Virus record (IMG/VR): IMGVR_UViG_3300021197_001468
Location: 676-64,675 of that record
Direction: 5' to 3' (one strand)
Source of the DNA: a virus
Lineage: Duplodnaviria > Caudoviricetes
Length of the DNA stretch: 64,000 bases
Positions 28,552 through 36,549 of this stretch are shown here, in pieces. Below the pieces are notes generated by a model. It was not told the origin of the DNA. It ran no database searches and was given only the letters and a program-made list of their open reading frames with translations. The first letter of the stretch is position 1. Every line of letters starts with the position of its first letter. The position numbers and the translations under genes are program-made.

Positions 28552-29994
28552 TCACGCCTCTGCGCGCGTGGCCATGGCCAGGGCAAATGCCCCAGCCGCG
28601 CGCTCCGCCCGGTCCCGCTGGATAGCGTCCAGGAGACCATGACTCGCAGCGCGGGACACGGCGTTGACCACGTCCGCGACACGATCCCCACCCTCGAACG
28701 CGTACCCCTTGAGGAGCATCTCGACCGACACATCCCGGGCCGCTTGCTTATCCAGGCTGGCGAGGATCTTGTGCGCGTCCGTCATGGCCTGGACGGGCGA
28801 CTCCATGTCCACCACGTCTGCCGCGGACGTGGAACGCAGGACGCCCCACCGGTCCAGGAAGTACCCCGCCGCCTGCTCTACGCCCTGCGCGGTCTGCAGG
28901 ACGTCCTGCCGGACACGCTCCAGGCCAGCGGCCCGTGCCGCTGCGGCGCTGCGCACCCGACTACCCCGGTGCCGACGGTTGACCCCGTCGGCGATCCAGT
29001 CGGCAACCGTGCAGTTAATGCAGATCACCCGCTGGAAGGAGAGGCCCCCGTGGTGCGCGGAGTTTCCGGTGTCGCCGGACCTCCCCTTGATCCCGACTTC
29101 GAACACATCGCCGACCCCCGCATCAAACGTCTGCGGGGCATGCCACGTGGCACTCCAGGTCGCGAGCGTGGTCGCCGGGTTGTAGTCCACGGACCCGCGC
29201 GCATCGGGGAGGCGATCGGCGTAGTCCTCGAAGATCGCGGTGTACTCCTCCAGGATGCTATCCACGGGCATGTCCAGATAGGACATGCTCATGGCGCGGT
29301 AGATCTGGGGTCGCCCGTCGATCGTGCGGGTGCCGACGTTGACCAGGCGGGCCTTCTCGTCGTACCCGAACCGCTCCAGATTCTGGATCTGACGGTTGAA
29401 CACGTCGGCGCGCACGTCGGGATCGAGGGCCTGGAGGAGGGCCCGCGACGACGGGAACGCCGGGCGCTTGGGATCGGCGGAGCTATTGAACCGGCTGATC
29501 AGGGAGTAGAACGCGCCGGGCTCGATAGGGAAGCCACCGGACGACGACTTCCCTTCGGTGTAGATGCGTCCGTCTTCAGTCATGCGGAGCCGGGCCGCAT
29601 CGACCGCGAAGGACTTACGATCTTCGCGCCGGATCGCCTTGATCACCGGCGCGAACGCCTCGCGGATGGGCGGAAGGTCCTCGTGGAGGGCTGCCTTCGT
29701 GCGGAAGGTATCCTTCCCGATCTGCAACATCTCGGTACCGGCGTCGAACCACGTGTCGGGGATCTTCGCGGCCCACCCATTCGACTCCAGGAACGCGACG
29801 TCCTCGGAGATGCGGGCCGCCCGGTCGGGGTCGACCGTGCCAGCCTTGACGGTAGCGGGGGGCTTCGGGGGCGGAGCGCTGGGGTACCGGTCGCCGGTCA
29901 TCTCCTCCAGCGTGCGTGTGTCGACGCCTGCGGCGAATGCCGCCGCGTAGTCGGGGTAGGTGTTGCCAGTGGCGGGATCAAGGTAGCGAGTCAT
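28552..29994 (-). CDS. DUF932-like protein
   Basis: RAMSMSY, VGDVF.VGI..SGDTG, RVICINC pattern. Confidence 0.6.
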   Translation of the reverse strand: MTRYLDPATGNTYPDYAAAFAAGVDTRTLEEMTGDRYPSAPPPKPPATVKAGTVDPDRAARISEDVAFLESNGWAAKIPDTWFDAGTEMLQIGKDTFRTKAALHEDLPPIREAFAPVIKAIRREDRKSFAVDAARLRMTEDGRIYTEGKSSSGGFPIEPGAFYSLISRFNSSADPKRPAFPSSRALLQALDPDVRADVFNRQIQNLERFGYDEKARLVNVGTRTIDGRPQIYRAMSMSYLDMPVDSILEEYTAIFEDYADRLPDARGSVDYNPATTLATWSATWHAPQTFDAGVGDVFEVGIKGRSGDTGNSAHHGGLSFQRVICINCTVADWIADGVNRRHRGSRVRSAAAARAAGLERVRQDVLQTAQGVEQAAGYFLDRWGVLRSTSAADVVDMESPVQAMTDAHKILASLDKQAARDVSVEMLLKGYAFEGGDRVADVVNAVSRAASHGLLDAIQRDRAERAAGAFALAMATRAEA

Positions 29995-30040
29995 TCTCTT
30001 CTCACGGTTGCGCCCGCGGGTGAACCCCGGGGGCCCGACT

Positions 30041-30069
30041 ACCCTACCAAGGCGGTAGGACGGTGTCCA
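30041..30069 (-). promoter_or_regulatory. sigma70-type promoter for the DUF932-like gene
   Basis: TGGACA-17-TAGGGT. Confidence 0.5.
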
Positions 30070-30337
30070 GCGTATCTGAGCAAAAAGTTAGAACCGCCCG
30101 CGGCGTAGCCGCGCCACGAGCTACCGGAACACGCCGGTCGACTCCGCCGGTAGCTCGTGTCCGGCGGGTGTCCGGTGGTAGCAGCCCCGGTAACCCCGTC
30201 CGGTGGTAGCAGTCCGGCGGCCTACGTCCGGCCGTAGCAGTCCGGTAGCAGCCCCGGTAACCGGCCCACCGGTTAGAGCGTCCGGGGGTAGCAGTCCGGT
30301 TAACCACGTCCGGAGCTAAGATTCTTACCCGGATCGG

Positions 30338-30366
30338 TTGACAGTCTGATACCGCTCCGGTATGGT
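30338..30366 (+). promoter_or_regulatory. sigma70-type promoter
   Basis: TTGACA-17-TATGGT. Confidence 0.75.
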
Positions 30367-30409
30367 GTGGATGCGCCGGGCGGATCCGGTGCAAAGGAGA
30401 AGAGAAGCA

Positions 30410-31045
30410 ATGGCAATGACACTCAAGGAAGCGAAGACGATCACCGGGCACAAGTCGGGGCTGGGTAAGCCGAGCAAAATGCCCGGATACAGCACGGCGA
30501 TCCCGGCGTCCGCGTGTCGGACCGGTGCGAAGCTTGCGAAGATCCCGGGTAGCGTGTGCGCTAACTGCTACGCTCTGAGAGGAAACTACCTGTACACGTC
30601 CGTCAAGGAGGGACTGCAGCGCCGCATGGAAGCGCTGGACAATCCCCGGTGGGTCGACGGTATGGTGCGTCTCGTGGCGCACTACACCGATCCTAACGAT
30701 CCGCATTTCCGGGTACACGATAGCGGAGATCTGCAGTCCCGATCCCATCTGGACAAATGGGTCGCGGTCGCGCGCCGCGTTCCGGAGGTGAAGATCTGGA
30801 TGCCGTCTCGCGAGATAAGAGACGTCAAGGCAGCGATGCGTGAGGTTAGCGAATGGCCTGCTAACCTCGTGATCCGGTTGAGCGCCCCGATGATCGGGCG
30901 CGCGCTCGACATCTCGGGCCCGACGTCAAGCGTCGACGCGGGCACGGGCCACCGTTGTCCCGCCCCGGCGCAGGGTAACGAATGCGGCGACTGCCGCGCA
31001 TGTTGGGACCCCGAGGTCGCCAACGTCGACTATCACAAGCACTGA
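30410..31045 (+). CDS. GP88-like (radical-SAM-related) protein
   Basis: SKMPG, C..CYA..G.Y, FRVHDSGD, NLVIRLS, CPA..C.DCRACW. Confidence 0.75.
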   Translation: MAMTLKEAKTITGHKSGLGKPSKMPGYSTAIPASACRTGAKLAKIPGSVCANCYALRGNYLYTSVKEGLQRRMEALDNPRWVDGMVRLVAHYTDPNDPHFRVHDSGDLQSRSHLDKWVAVARRVPEVKIWMPSREIRDVKAAMREVSEWPANLVIRLSAPMIGRALDISGPTSSVDAGTGHRCPAPAQGNECGDCRACWDPEVANVDYHKH

Positions 31046-31230
31046 TGGCCACCGTAGCCCGAGGCGGTGGACGGCTCAGGATCTTCTGGGCCGTCTGCCG
31101 CCGATGCCGTAGCCGGTGGGGCCCGTTCCGCACCCGAGCAGAGGCCGCACGGCAGCCCGAGTGCTGCAGCGTATGCCGTTGACCAAGGGCCCGGGGTACA
31201 CTCCCCGGGCCCGTAGCGCATGAGGTTCCC

Positions 31231-31566
31231 ATGATTGCCGTGGACGTCGACGTCCTGTCAGCGCTCGTCCGCTCCTACCTGGGCGGGCGTGTCGAGATCC
31301 CCGAGACCGTGATCGCAGACCTGGAGGACGCGCTCCCGGTCGCGCTCGGGAGGATTAGTCCGGCGGAGCTAAGCGATAGGCTGGCGCTGGGGCTGGCCAA
31401 GCGCCCCGGTCCGGCGGTTACCGGTGCGTCCGGTAGGTTCTCCGGTCCGGCGGACGTCGACTTCGCCGTCGATACCATCCGGGGGCTACGCCGCGGCGCG
31501 GTTAGTCCGGCTGAGTCTGTCGATCTCGACCGGGTTTTGTCGATTCTTCGTGCTGTCCGGGGTTGA
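31231..31566 (+). CDS. hypothetical protein
   Basis: GAGG RBS, 111 aa. Confidence 0.5.
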   Translation: MIAVDVDVLSALVRSYLGGRVEIPETVIADLEDALPVALGRISPAELSDRLALGLAKRPGPAVTGASGRFSGPADVDFAVDTIRGLRRGAVSPAESVDLDRVLSILRAVRG

Positions 31567-31591
31567 CACCCCGGTGCAGCCGCGATAACGT
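31563..31591 (+). promoter_or_regulatory. sigma70-type promoter for the candidate sRNA
   Basis: TTGACA(31563)-17-TAACGT(31586); no credible + strand CDS downstream. Confidence 0.6.
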
Positions 31592-31597
31592 ACAGGT

Positions 31598-31710
31598 GAC
31601 CCTCGGGTCTTGCTCTCTGTGTGTGCTTGGGACCCATCCGTCCGTCTCCTCTTCTCTCTTCTCGGAGGCAGGCGGATGGGTGCCCTCTGCAGGGCGACCT
31701 ACGGGAGCCC
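31598..31710 (+). ncRNA. candidate trans-acting antisense sRNA with two pyrimidine-rich loops
   Basis: hairpins 31605-31635 and 31633-31680; loops complementary to dispersed gene leaders. Confidence 0.6.
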
Positions 31711-32025
31711 TCAGTCCTCTGTAGAGCGCCCGAGCGCTACGATCAGGCCCTCCAGGGTCTCTGCCTGCTCCCCGTGGAGCTTCGACGCCTTGTGAAGTGC
31801 GTCCGCAGTCTTCTGGAGCTTCTTGATCGTGGTCTTGTGCTTCGGATCCGCCTCCAGGCGGGGCTCCTCGGCATCATGAGCGCTGCTCATGTCGCTGACG
31901 CACTCATCGTGCATGGACTTCTTCATCCGGTAGTACCCCGGTCCGCTAAAGTCCGGCTGATAGCCGTCCATAAGCTGCTTCTTGACCATGATGAAGGTAG
32001 GGATTCCGTCGTTACTGCCGTGCAT
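31711..32025 (-). CDS. hypothetical protein
   Basis: GGAG RBS; L.KAS.LH..QA pattern. Confidence 0.65.
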   Translation of the reverse strand: MHGSNDGIPTFIMVKKQLMDGYQPDFSGPGYYRMKKSMHDECVSDMSSAHDAEEPRLEADPKHKTTIKKLQKTADALHKASKLHGEQAETLEGLIVALGRSTED

Positions 32026-32027
32026 TC

Positions 32028-32594
32028 TTAGTCTCCAAGGGTCTGAGAGCCGCCTGCGGCCACGATTCGGGCCAGTCGGTTGTCGAAGTCTACATCGACT
32101 GAGACGGCTGCGAGCGTGCTGGAGGCCCCAGGAGCCTCTGGAGTGATGCCAGAGCGCTCCAGGAGCGTCTCAGCGGCCTTAATCCGCTCCTTCGGGGGCA
32201 CCGCGGGGTCGTTCATGAGCATCGAGAGCACCTGGAGCGCATCGTTGGCGGCCGATTGCAGCCCATGTCCGAGCGCTTCTCGCCTCCGCTCGACCCCTGC
32301 AGCGATAGCCTCACGAACCTTAGGCTCCTTGCTCAGGTCATACACCGCACCTGGGTGCAGCTTCAGCCTGCTCGCCGTCTCAGCCGGCGTGTACCCCGCA
32401 CCCAGCAACTGCACGCACATGGCCCGCACCTCGCCAGACGCCGCGAACTTAGCCCTGCTGCGCATAATGCTAAGCGTCTCCCGCTCAGCCGCAGGCGTCA
32501 CCTGGACAGTAGGCAGCGTCACGATCGACGTAGCCCCTGGGTGCTGCTCTGGATCGGTAGCCGTCGAATCTGGGTCTGTATGAGCATCGCTCAT
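32028..32594 (-). CDS. putative terminase small subunit (HTH)
   Basis: HTH (GYTPAETASRL) followed by ALQVL..LM..RIKAAETLLERSG, typical of TerS. Confidence 0.55.
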   Translation of the reverse strand: MSDAHTDPDSTATDPEQHPGATSIVTLPTVQVTPAAERETLSIMRSRAKFAASGEVRAMCVQLLGAGYTPAETASRLKLHPGAVYDLSKEPKVREAIAAGVERRREALGHGLQSAANDALQVLSMLMNDPAVPPKERIKAAETLLERSGITPEAPGASSTLAAVSVDVDFDNRLARIVAAGGSQTLGD

Positions 32595-32627
32595 GGTCTC
32601 ACCTCGTCGTATTAGTTCTGCTCACCC

Positions 32628-33206
32628 TGCTACACTTTCACCGCTCTCGACAACGACGTGCTACAGGGCCATCTCACCAATGCTACACAGCGCTACATGC
32701 ACAGAAGCAGTGAGAACAAGCTCCCACAGGGCATTCAACACCCCTCTGCTACACTTTTTAAAGATACTACCTTATATGATCTATAAGAGACTCACATAAC
32801 TCCAATAGCTCATGGGCCTGGGGCCTGGGGCCTGGAGCACAAGTAGAGCCATCGAGTAGAGCGATCAAGCAGAGCTATTTACTCTGGCCCCTTATGTGCT
32901 TCATAACTGACTGAAGCAGCCAAAAGTGTAGCAACCGTACGTCAAGTCCCGCGCTGCTCGGGCTTATGGCTGCTTCTGTATATGTAGCGCACTGTAGCTT
33001 AACCACAGCGGCATAGGCTGACTGTCCGCAACCAGGGGGCACACGCGTCCCAGGGCCATACCGCAGCGGTGGAATGTAGCAGAGGACACAGGGGCTATGA
33101 CAGTACGGTATAAAATGTCAACTGCGACAACGCCGTGCTCATGGGCCATCTCGACAACGCCTCAAAATACTTTGACCAACACGGTGGACAACCCCTGCTA
33201 CACTTT
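32628..33206. other. putative replication origin / iteron region
   Basis: (T/C)GCTACA repeats in opposing orientation around an AT-rich core. Confidence 0.55.
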
Positions 33207-33266
33207 GTATAAGTAATGGGCCAGTCGGGGTTGCACTTGAGCGCCCCGCGACCAGGAGAGAGTGAG

Positions 33267-33494
33267 ATGAAAAGAGCGACCGTACACCTCGGGGCGGTGA
33301 CCGTCACGGGGAAGGAGCAGGAGATCCTGACCTCCCTCTGGCACGCCGGGGCCCTGCCCAACACGGGGTGCCGGGCGTCGGTGCCGTCCCGTTACCGCTC
33401 GCGGCTGGAGGACGCCGGCCTCGTCGACCTCGAAGCACACGCCGGTAGGTTGACCTACCGCGGCGCGCTCGTCGTCATGGCGCTGCACAGATGA
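33267..33494 (+). CDS. hypothetical protein
   Basis: AGGAGAGAG leader. Confidence 0.55.
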   Translation: MKRATVHLGAVTVTGKEQEILTSLWHAGALPNTGCRASVPSRYRSRLEDAGLVDLEAHAGRLTYRGALVVMALHR

Positions 33495-33658
33495 AGTGCT
33501 TGGGCTGCGGTGGCTACCGAGTCGTGGTCTGCGAGGACTGCGGCGGAGATGGATGCCCCGCGTGCAAGAAGGGTGAGACCCCCTGCCCCGTCTGCCGGAA
33601 GGCAGCATTCACTGGAACCAAGCGGCGCGCCCGACGCGTCAAGGAGAAGAGAGCATGA
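33491..33658 (+). CDS. small zinc-finger protein (four CxxC, DnaJ-like)
   Basis: MKCLGCGG..CEDCGG..CPAC..CPVC; ATGA overlaps at both ends. Confidence 0.6.
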   Translation: MKCLGCGGYRVVVCEDCGGDGCPACKKGETPCPVCRKAAFTGTKRRARRVKEKRA

Positions 33659-33891
33659 GCATGAGCACGCACGAGACCCCGAGCGCCGAGCGCATCAAGG
33701 AGGTCATGGACCTCATCTCGGACAAGTCCATGTCGTCGTTCGGTACGGGCGACTGGACGCCCCTCACCCCCGAGGAGATCAGGGACTTCCTGTTCCTCGC
33801 CGAGCGCGCCCTGGTGTCGGACGGATTCAGTTGCACCGTGGTGGTGAGGGTGGGCGTCAAGCTCCGCCTCGCCCTCGCGGACACGCCGTGA
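33655..33891 (+). CDS. hypothetical protein
   Basis: GGAGAAGAGAG leader. Confidence 0.6.
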   Translation: MSMSTHETPSAERIKEVMDLISDKSMSSFGTGDWTPLTPEEIRDFLFLAERALVSDGFSCTVVVRVGVKLRLALADTP

Positions 33892-33975
33892 GCAAGAGCA
33901 CGGAGGGGTGGGTGACCTTGGGTCTGCTCGCCCTCTACGCCTGGATCTACCTCCTCGCCTAACAGAGAGACACAC

Positions 33976-34263
33976 ATGACCCGCGACCAAATGATCGAAG
34001 CCGCGCGCACTCACGCCATCGCTACCGCCGACGACGCACAGGACTTCACCGTCCGCGTCTTCCCCTGCGGGAATGGCGCATTGTGCGCCTTCACCCGACT
34101 CCGCGAGAGCGGGGCAGACATGTACGCTCAGATCGTCAACGACCTGGGTGAGTCGCTGGGCTGCTACAGCCTGACGAAGCCGAGGGTGTTCCGCGACCTG
34201 TTCGACCGGCCCACCGCTGGCACTGCCGCGCGCATCCGCCATCAGCAGGCCCGCATCGACTAA
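33976..34263 (+). CDS. hypothetical protein
   Basis: ACAGAGAG leader. Confidence 0.6.
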   Translation: MTRDQMIEAARTHAIATADDAQDFTVRVFPCGNGALCAFTRLRESGADMYAQIVNDLGESLGCYSLTKPRVFRDLFDRPTAGTAARIRHQQARID

Positions 34264-34350
34264 CGCCCCCAGTCTCAACCCGCCCCGTACCTCCCCAGAG
34301 GTCGGGGCTTCAGGGGTGCGGGGTGCACCCGCACAAGCACGGAGAAGAGA

Positions 34351-34596
34351 ATGACTGACGAAACGCGACGCCTGCTGCTCGATACGATCGAAGGACTGTA
34401 CCGATTCGCTACACCGCCGCACGCGGTCGGGACTCCGCCCCTGGGTGTGAAGTACCGGACGCAGAACCGACTGGTCTCGCTCGACCCGACACCCGAAGCG
34501 CTGACCAATGCCATCGAAGCCACTGCCGATCTGATGACCGTACTTGTCCAGGCCAAGCGCGAGGTCGCAACCGAAAGAGTCGCGGCCGACGGCTAA
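34351..34596 (+). CDS. hypothetical protein
   Basis: GGAGAAGAGA leader. Confidence 0.6.
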   Translation: MTDETRRLLLDTIEGLYRFATPPHAVGTPPLGVKYRTQNRLVSLDPTPEALTNAIEATADLMTVLVQAKREVATERVAADG

Positions 34597-34674
34597 CGCC
34601 GCCCAGGCGCTGCTCGCCCCCTACCGCTTCGGCGGAGGGGGCTTCAGGGGTAGACGCACACCCGGAGAGAGACC

Positions 34675-35085
34675 ATGGAGACCCGCAAGTTCCACACAGT
34701 GGACGAGGCCATCACCGACGCGGGCCACCCCCCGCTCTTCTGTACCCCGTGCGACGCGCACTGGGAGAACGAGGGGGAGTTCAACCCGGACTCCCTCATC
34801 ATCAAGCGGGACGCCCTCGAGGACGGGGGTGCCCTGTGGGTGTCCTTCCACGACGACGTGTGGTGGATCCTGAACCACCCGACCTGGACGGAGACGGACG
34901 CGACCCTCGCGCTGCCCGAGCAGCGCATCGAGTTCACGTTGCAGTTCGATGACGACCGGACCGTGGTCGACACCACGTACGTGGCCGTCCTGCTTGAGTT
35001 TAACACGAAGAGTGTGACCGTCCAGGACCGCACCGTCTACGTCTGTGCTGCGAAGTACGACGTTCGCCGCAAGGAGTCCCCATGA
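34675..35085 (+). CDS. hypothetical protein
   Basis: GGAGAGAG leader. Confidence 0.65.
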   Translation: METRKFHTVDEAITDAGHPPLFCTPCDAHWENEGEFNPDSLIIKRDALEDGGALWVSFHDDVWWILNHPTWTETDATLALPEQRIEFTLQFDDDRTVVDTTYVAVLLEFNTKSVTVQDRTVYVCAAKYDVRRKESP

Positions 35086-35405
35086 TCCGCCTGACCTGCC
35101 GAGCACCCCGCTGCCGTTGTGTGTCTCCCTGCGAGACGTACGAGCGTGATGGTCGAGACGACCAGTACTGCAGAGGTCCCGAGGACTTCTGCGACGGCTG
35201 CCCTGAGTGCACCGAGACGGTGGAGACCTCGAAGGTCGTCACCGCTCGCGCCCCCCGTACTGAGGCAGGACGTAAGCGTCGTGCCCGCAACGGCATCCGC
35301 CCCGGTGACCTCATCAGGGTCACCCGCGGCTTCGAGTACCAGACCGGAGGTCCCCGACTCGGGTACTTCCACAAAGAAACCCTCACGCAGAAGAGAGAAG
35401 CATGA
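35082..35405 (+). CDS. Cys-rich hypothetical protein
   Basis: AGGAG RBS, ATGA overlaps. Confidence 0.6.
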   Translation: MIRLTCRAPRCRCVSPCETYERDGRDDQYCRGPEDFCDGCPECTETVETSKVVTARAPRTEAGRKRRARNGIRPGDLIRVTRGFEYQTGGPRLGYFHKETLTQKREA

Positions 35406-36169
35406 GTAACAAGATCATCGACCGAGTCCGCAAGCTCCTGGCCCTGGCTGAGGGCAGCAGCGGCCACGAGGCTGAGACCGCAGCCGCCATGGCGCGACGC
35501 CTCATGCGGGAGCACGCCGTCTCGATGGAGTCCGTCGAGGCGAGCGACCGTCCGACCGACCCGCTGGTCAAGGTCCACGTCGTGTTCCGCGGGTTGACCC
35601 TGAGCCGAGACCTGACCTCCAGCCGCCCTGCGCGCACTGCGTGGTGGAAGCGCGAACTGGCGTCGGCCGTGGGCCGCTACCTCGACCTGCGCAACGCGTA
35701 CTCCAAGGGCTCAAGCTCTTGGTTCTTCTACGGCTACCAGTCGGACGTCGAGGTCGCCCTCTACCTGTACGACGTCTGCGCTCGCCAGATCGACGTAGCG
35801 TGCAAGGCGTACCTCCGGGAAAAGAAGGAGTGCCACAGCTACTACTGGGACCGTGGCATGAGCCGCACGGCCAGCACTGAGTTCCGCCAGTCGGCGGTCG
35901 AAGGTCTCCGGACGAAGTTCCACGATCTGAAGAAGACCGAGAAGACCGAAGACCCCGGTGGGTTCGCGCTCATGCTGAACCGCAAGAGCGCGGTCAACCA
36001 GTGGGTCGCGGACAACTTCAGTTTCGGTAGTTCCAAGAACTGGGGCGGCAGCGCCGGCTACAGTTCGGCTGGCTACACCGCAGGACGCAACGTCCGCCTC
36101 AACGCCGGGGTCTCCGGCGGCAACAGCAATCGTGGCAGCCTCAAGGCAGTCAAGGGATACCTCGCATGA
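35402..36169 (+). CDS. DUF2786 domain protein
   Basis: IIDRVRKLLALA..HEAETAAAMARRLM; C-terminal GY.AG. Confidence 0.8.
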   Translation: MSNKIIDRVRKLLALAEGSSGHEAETAAAMARRLMREHAVSMESVEASDRPTDPLVKVHVVFRGLTLSRDLTSSRPARTAWWKRELASAVGRYLDLRNAYSKGSSSWFFYGYQSDVEVALYLYDVCARQIDVACKAYLREKKECHSYYWDRGMSRTASTEFRQSAVEGLRTKFHDLKKTEKTEDPGGFALMLNRKSAVNQWVADNFSFGSSKNWGGSAGYSSAGYTAGRNVRLNAGVSGGNSNRGSLKAVKGYLA

Positions 36170-36549
36170 GCAGCGACAAGAAGTACCGGGTCAAGATCAA
36201 GAAGCACATGGACCGCCAGCAGCGTGTTCTCATGGACTCCGTGGCAGACATGAGCGACATCCGCTCGCGCCTGGAAGAGGCCGGGGTGGACACCGAGTCC
36301 ATCGTCAACCTCTTCTCCCAGGCGTACGCGGTCGTGGGTATGCGCTACGACATCGACCCGCAGGAGCTCCTCCGCATGCTCACCTTCAACGGGCTCGGCC
36401 TGGGCATCATGAACGACAACCCGGACATGACCCCGGACGAGCTTGCGCACGCTGTCGAGCGCGAGGTCAACGGAGAGCCCCCGCTCAACCGGTCGACCCC
36501 CGACCCGGACATGCCGCTCTTCCTGGCCCCTGGCGTCGGGGAGGCGTGA
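36166..36549 (+). CDS. hypothetical protein
   Basis: 127 aa, coupled ORF. Confidence 0.65.
   Translation: MSSDKKYRVKIKKHMDRQQRVLMDSVADMSDIRSRLEEAGVDTESIVNLFSQAYAVVGMRYDIDPQELLRMLTFNGLGLGIMNDNPDMTPDELAHAVEREVNGEPPLNRSTPDPDMPLFLAPGVGEA

Noticed and set aside
27661-30310. CRISPR array
   Set aside because: Repeats are 10-12 bp and irregularly spaced, with no unique constant-length spacers and no cas operon. The Cas4-like gene sits in an ordinary recombination module.
31275-31637. Minus-strand 120-aa ORF with GAGAAGAG..GGAG leader
   Set aside because: It overlaps ORF 31231-31566 antisense, its start is buried in a 17-bp stem and its composition looks non-coding. It is kept only as the alternative explanation for the sRNA.
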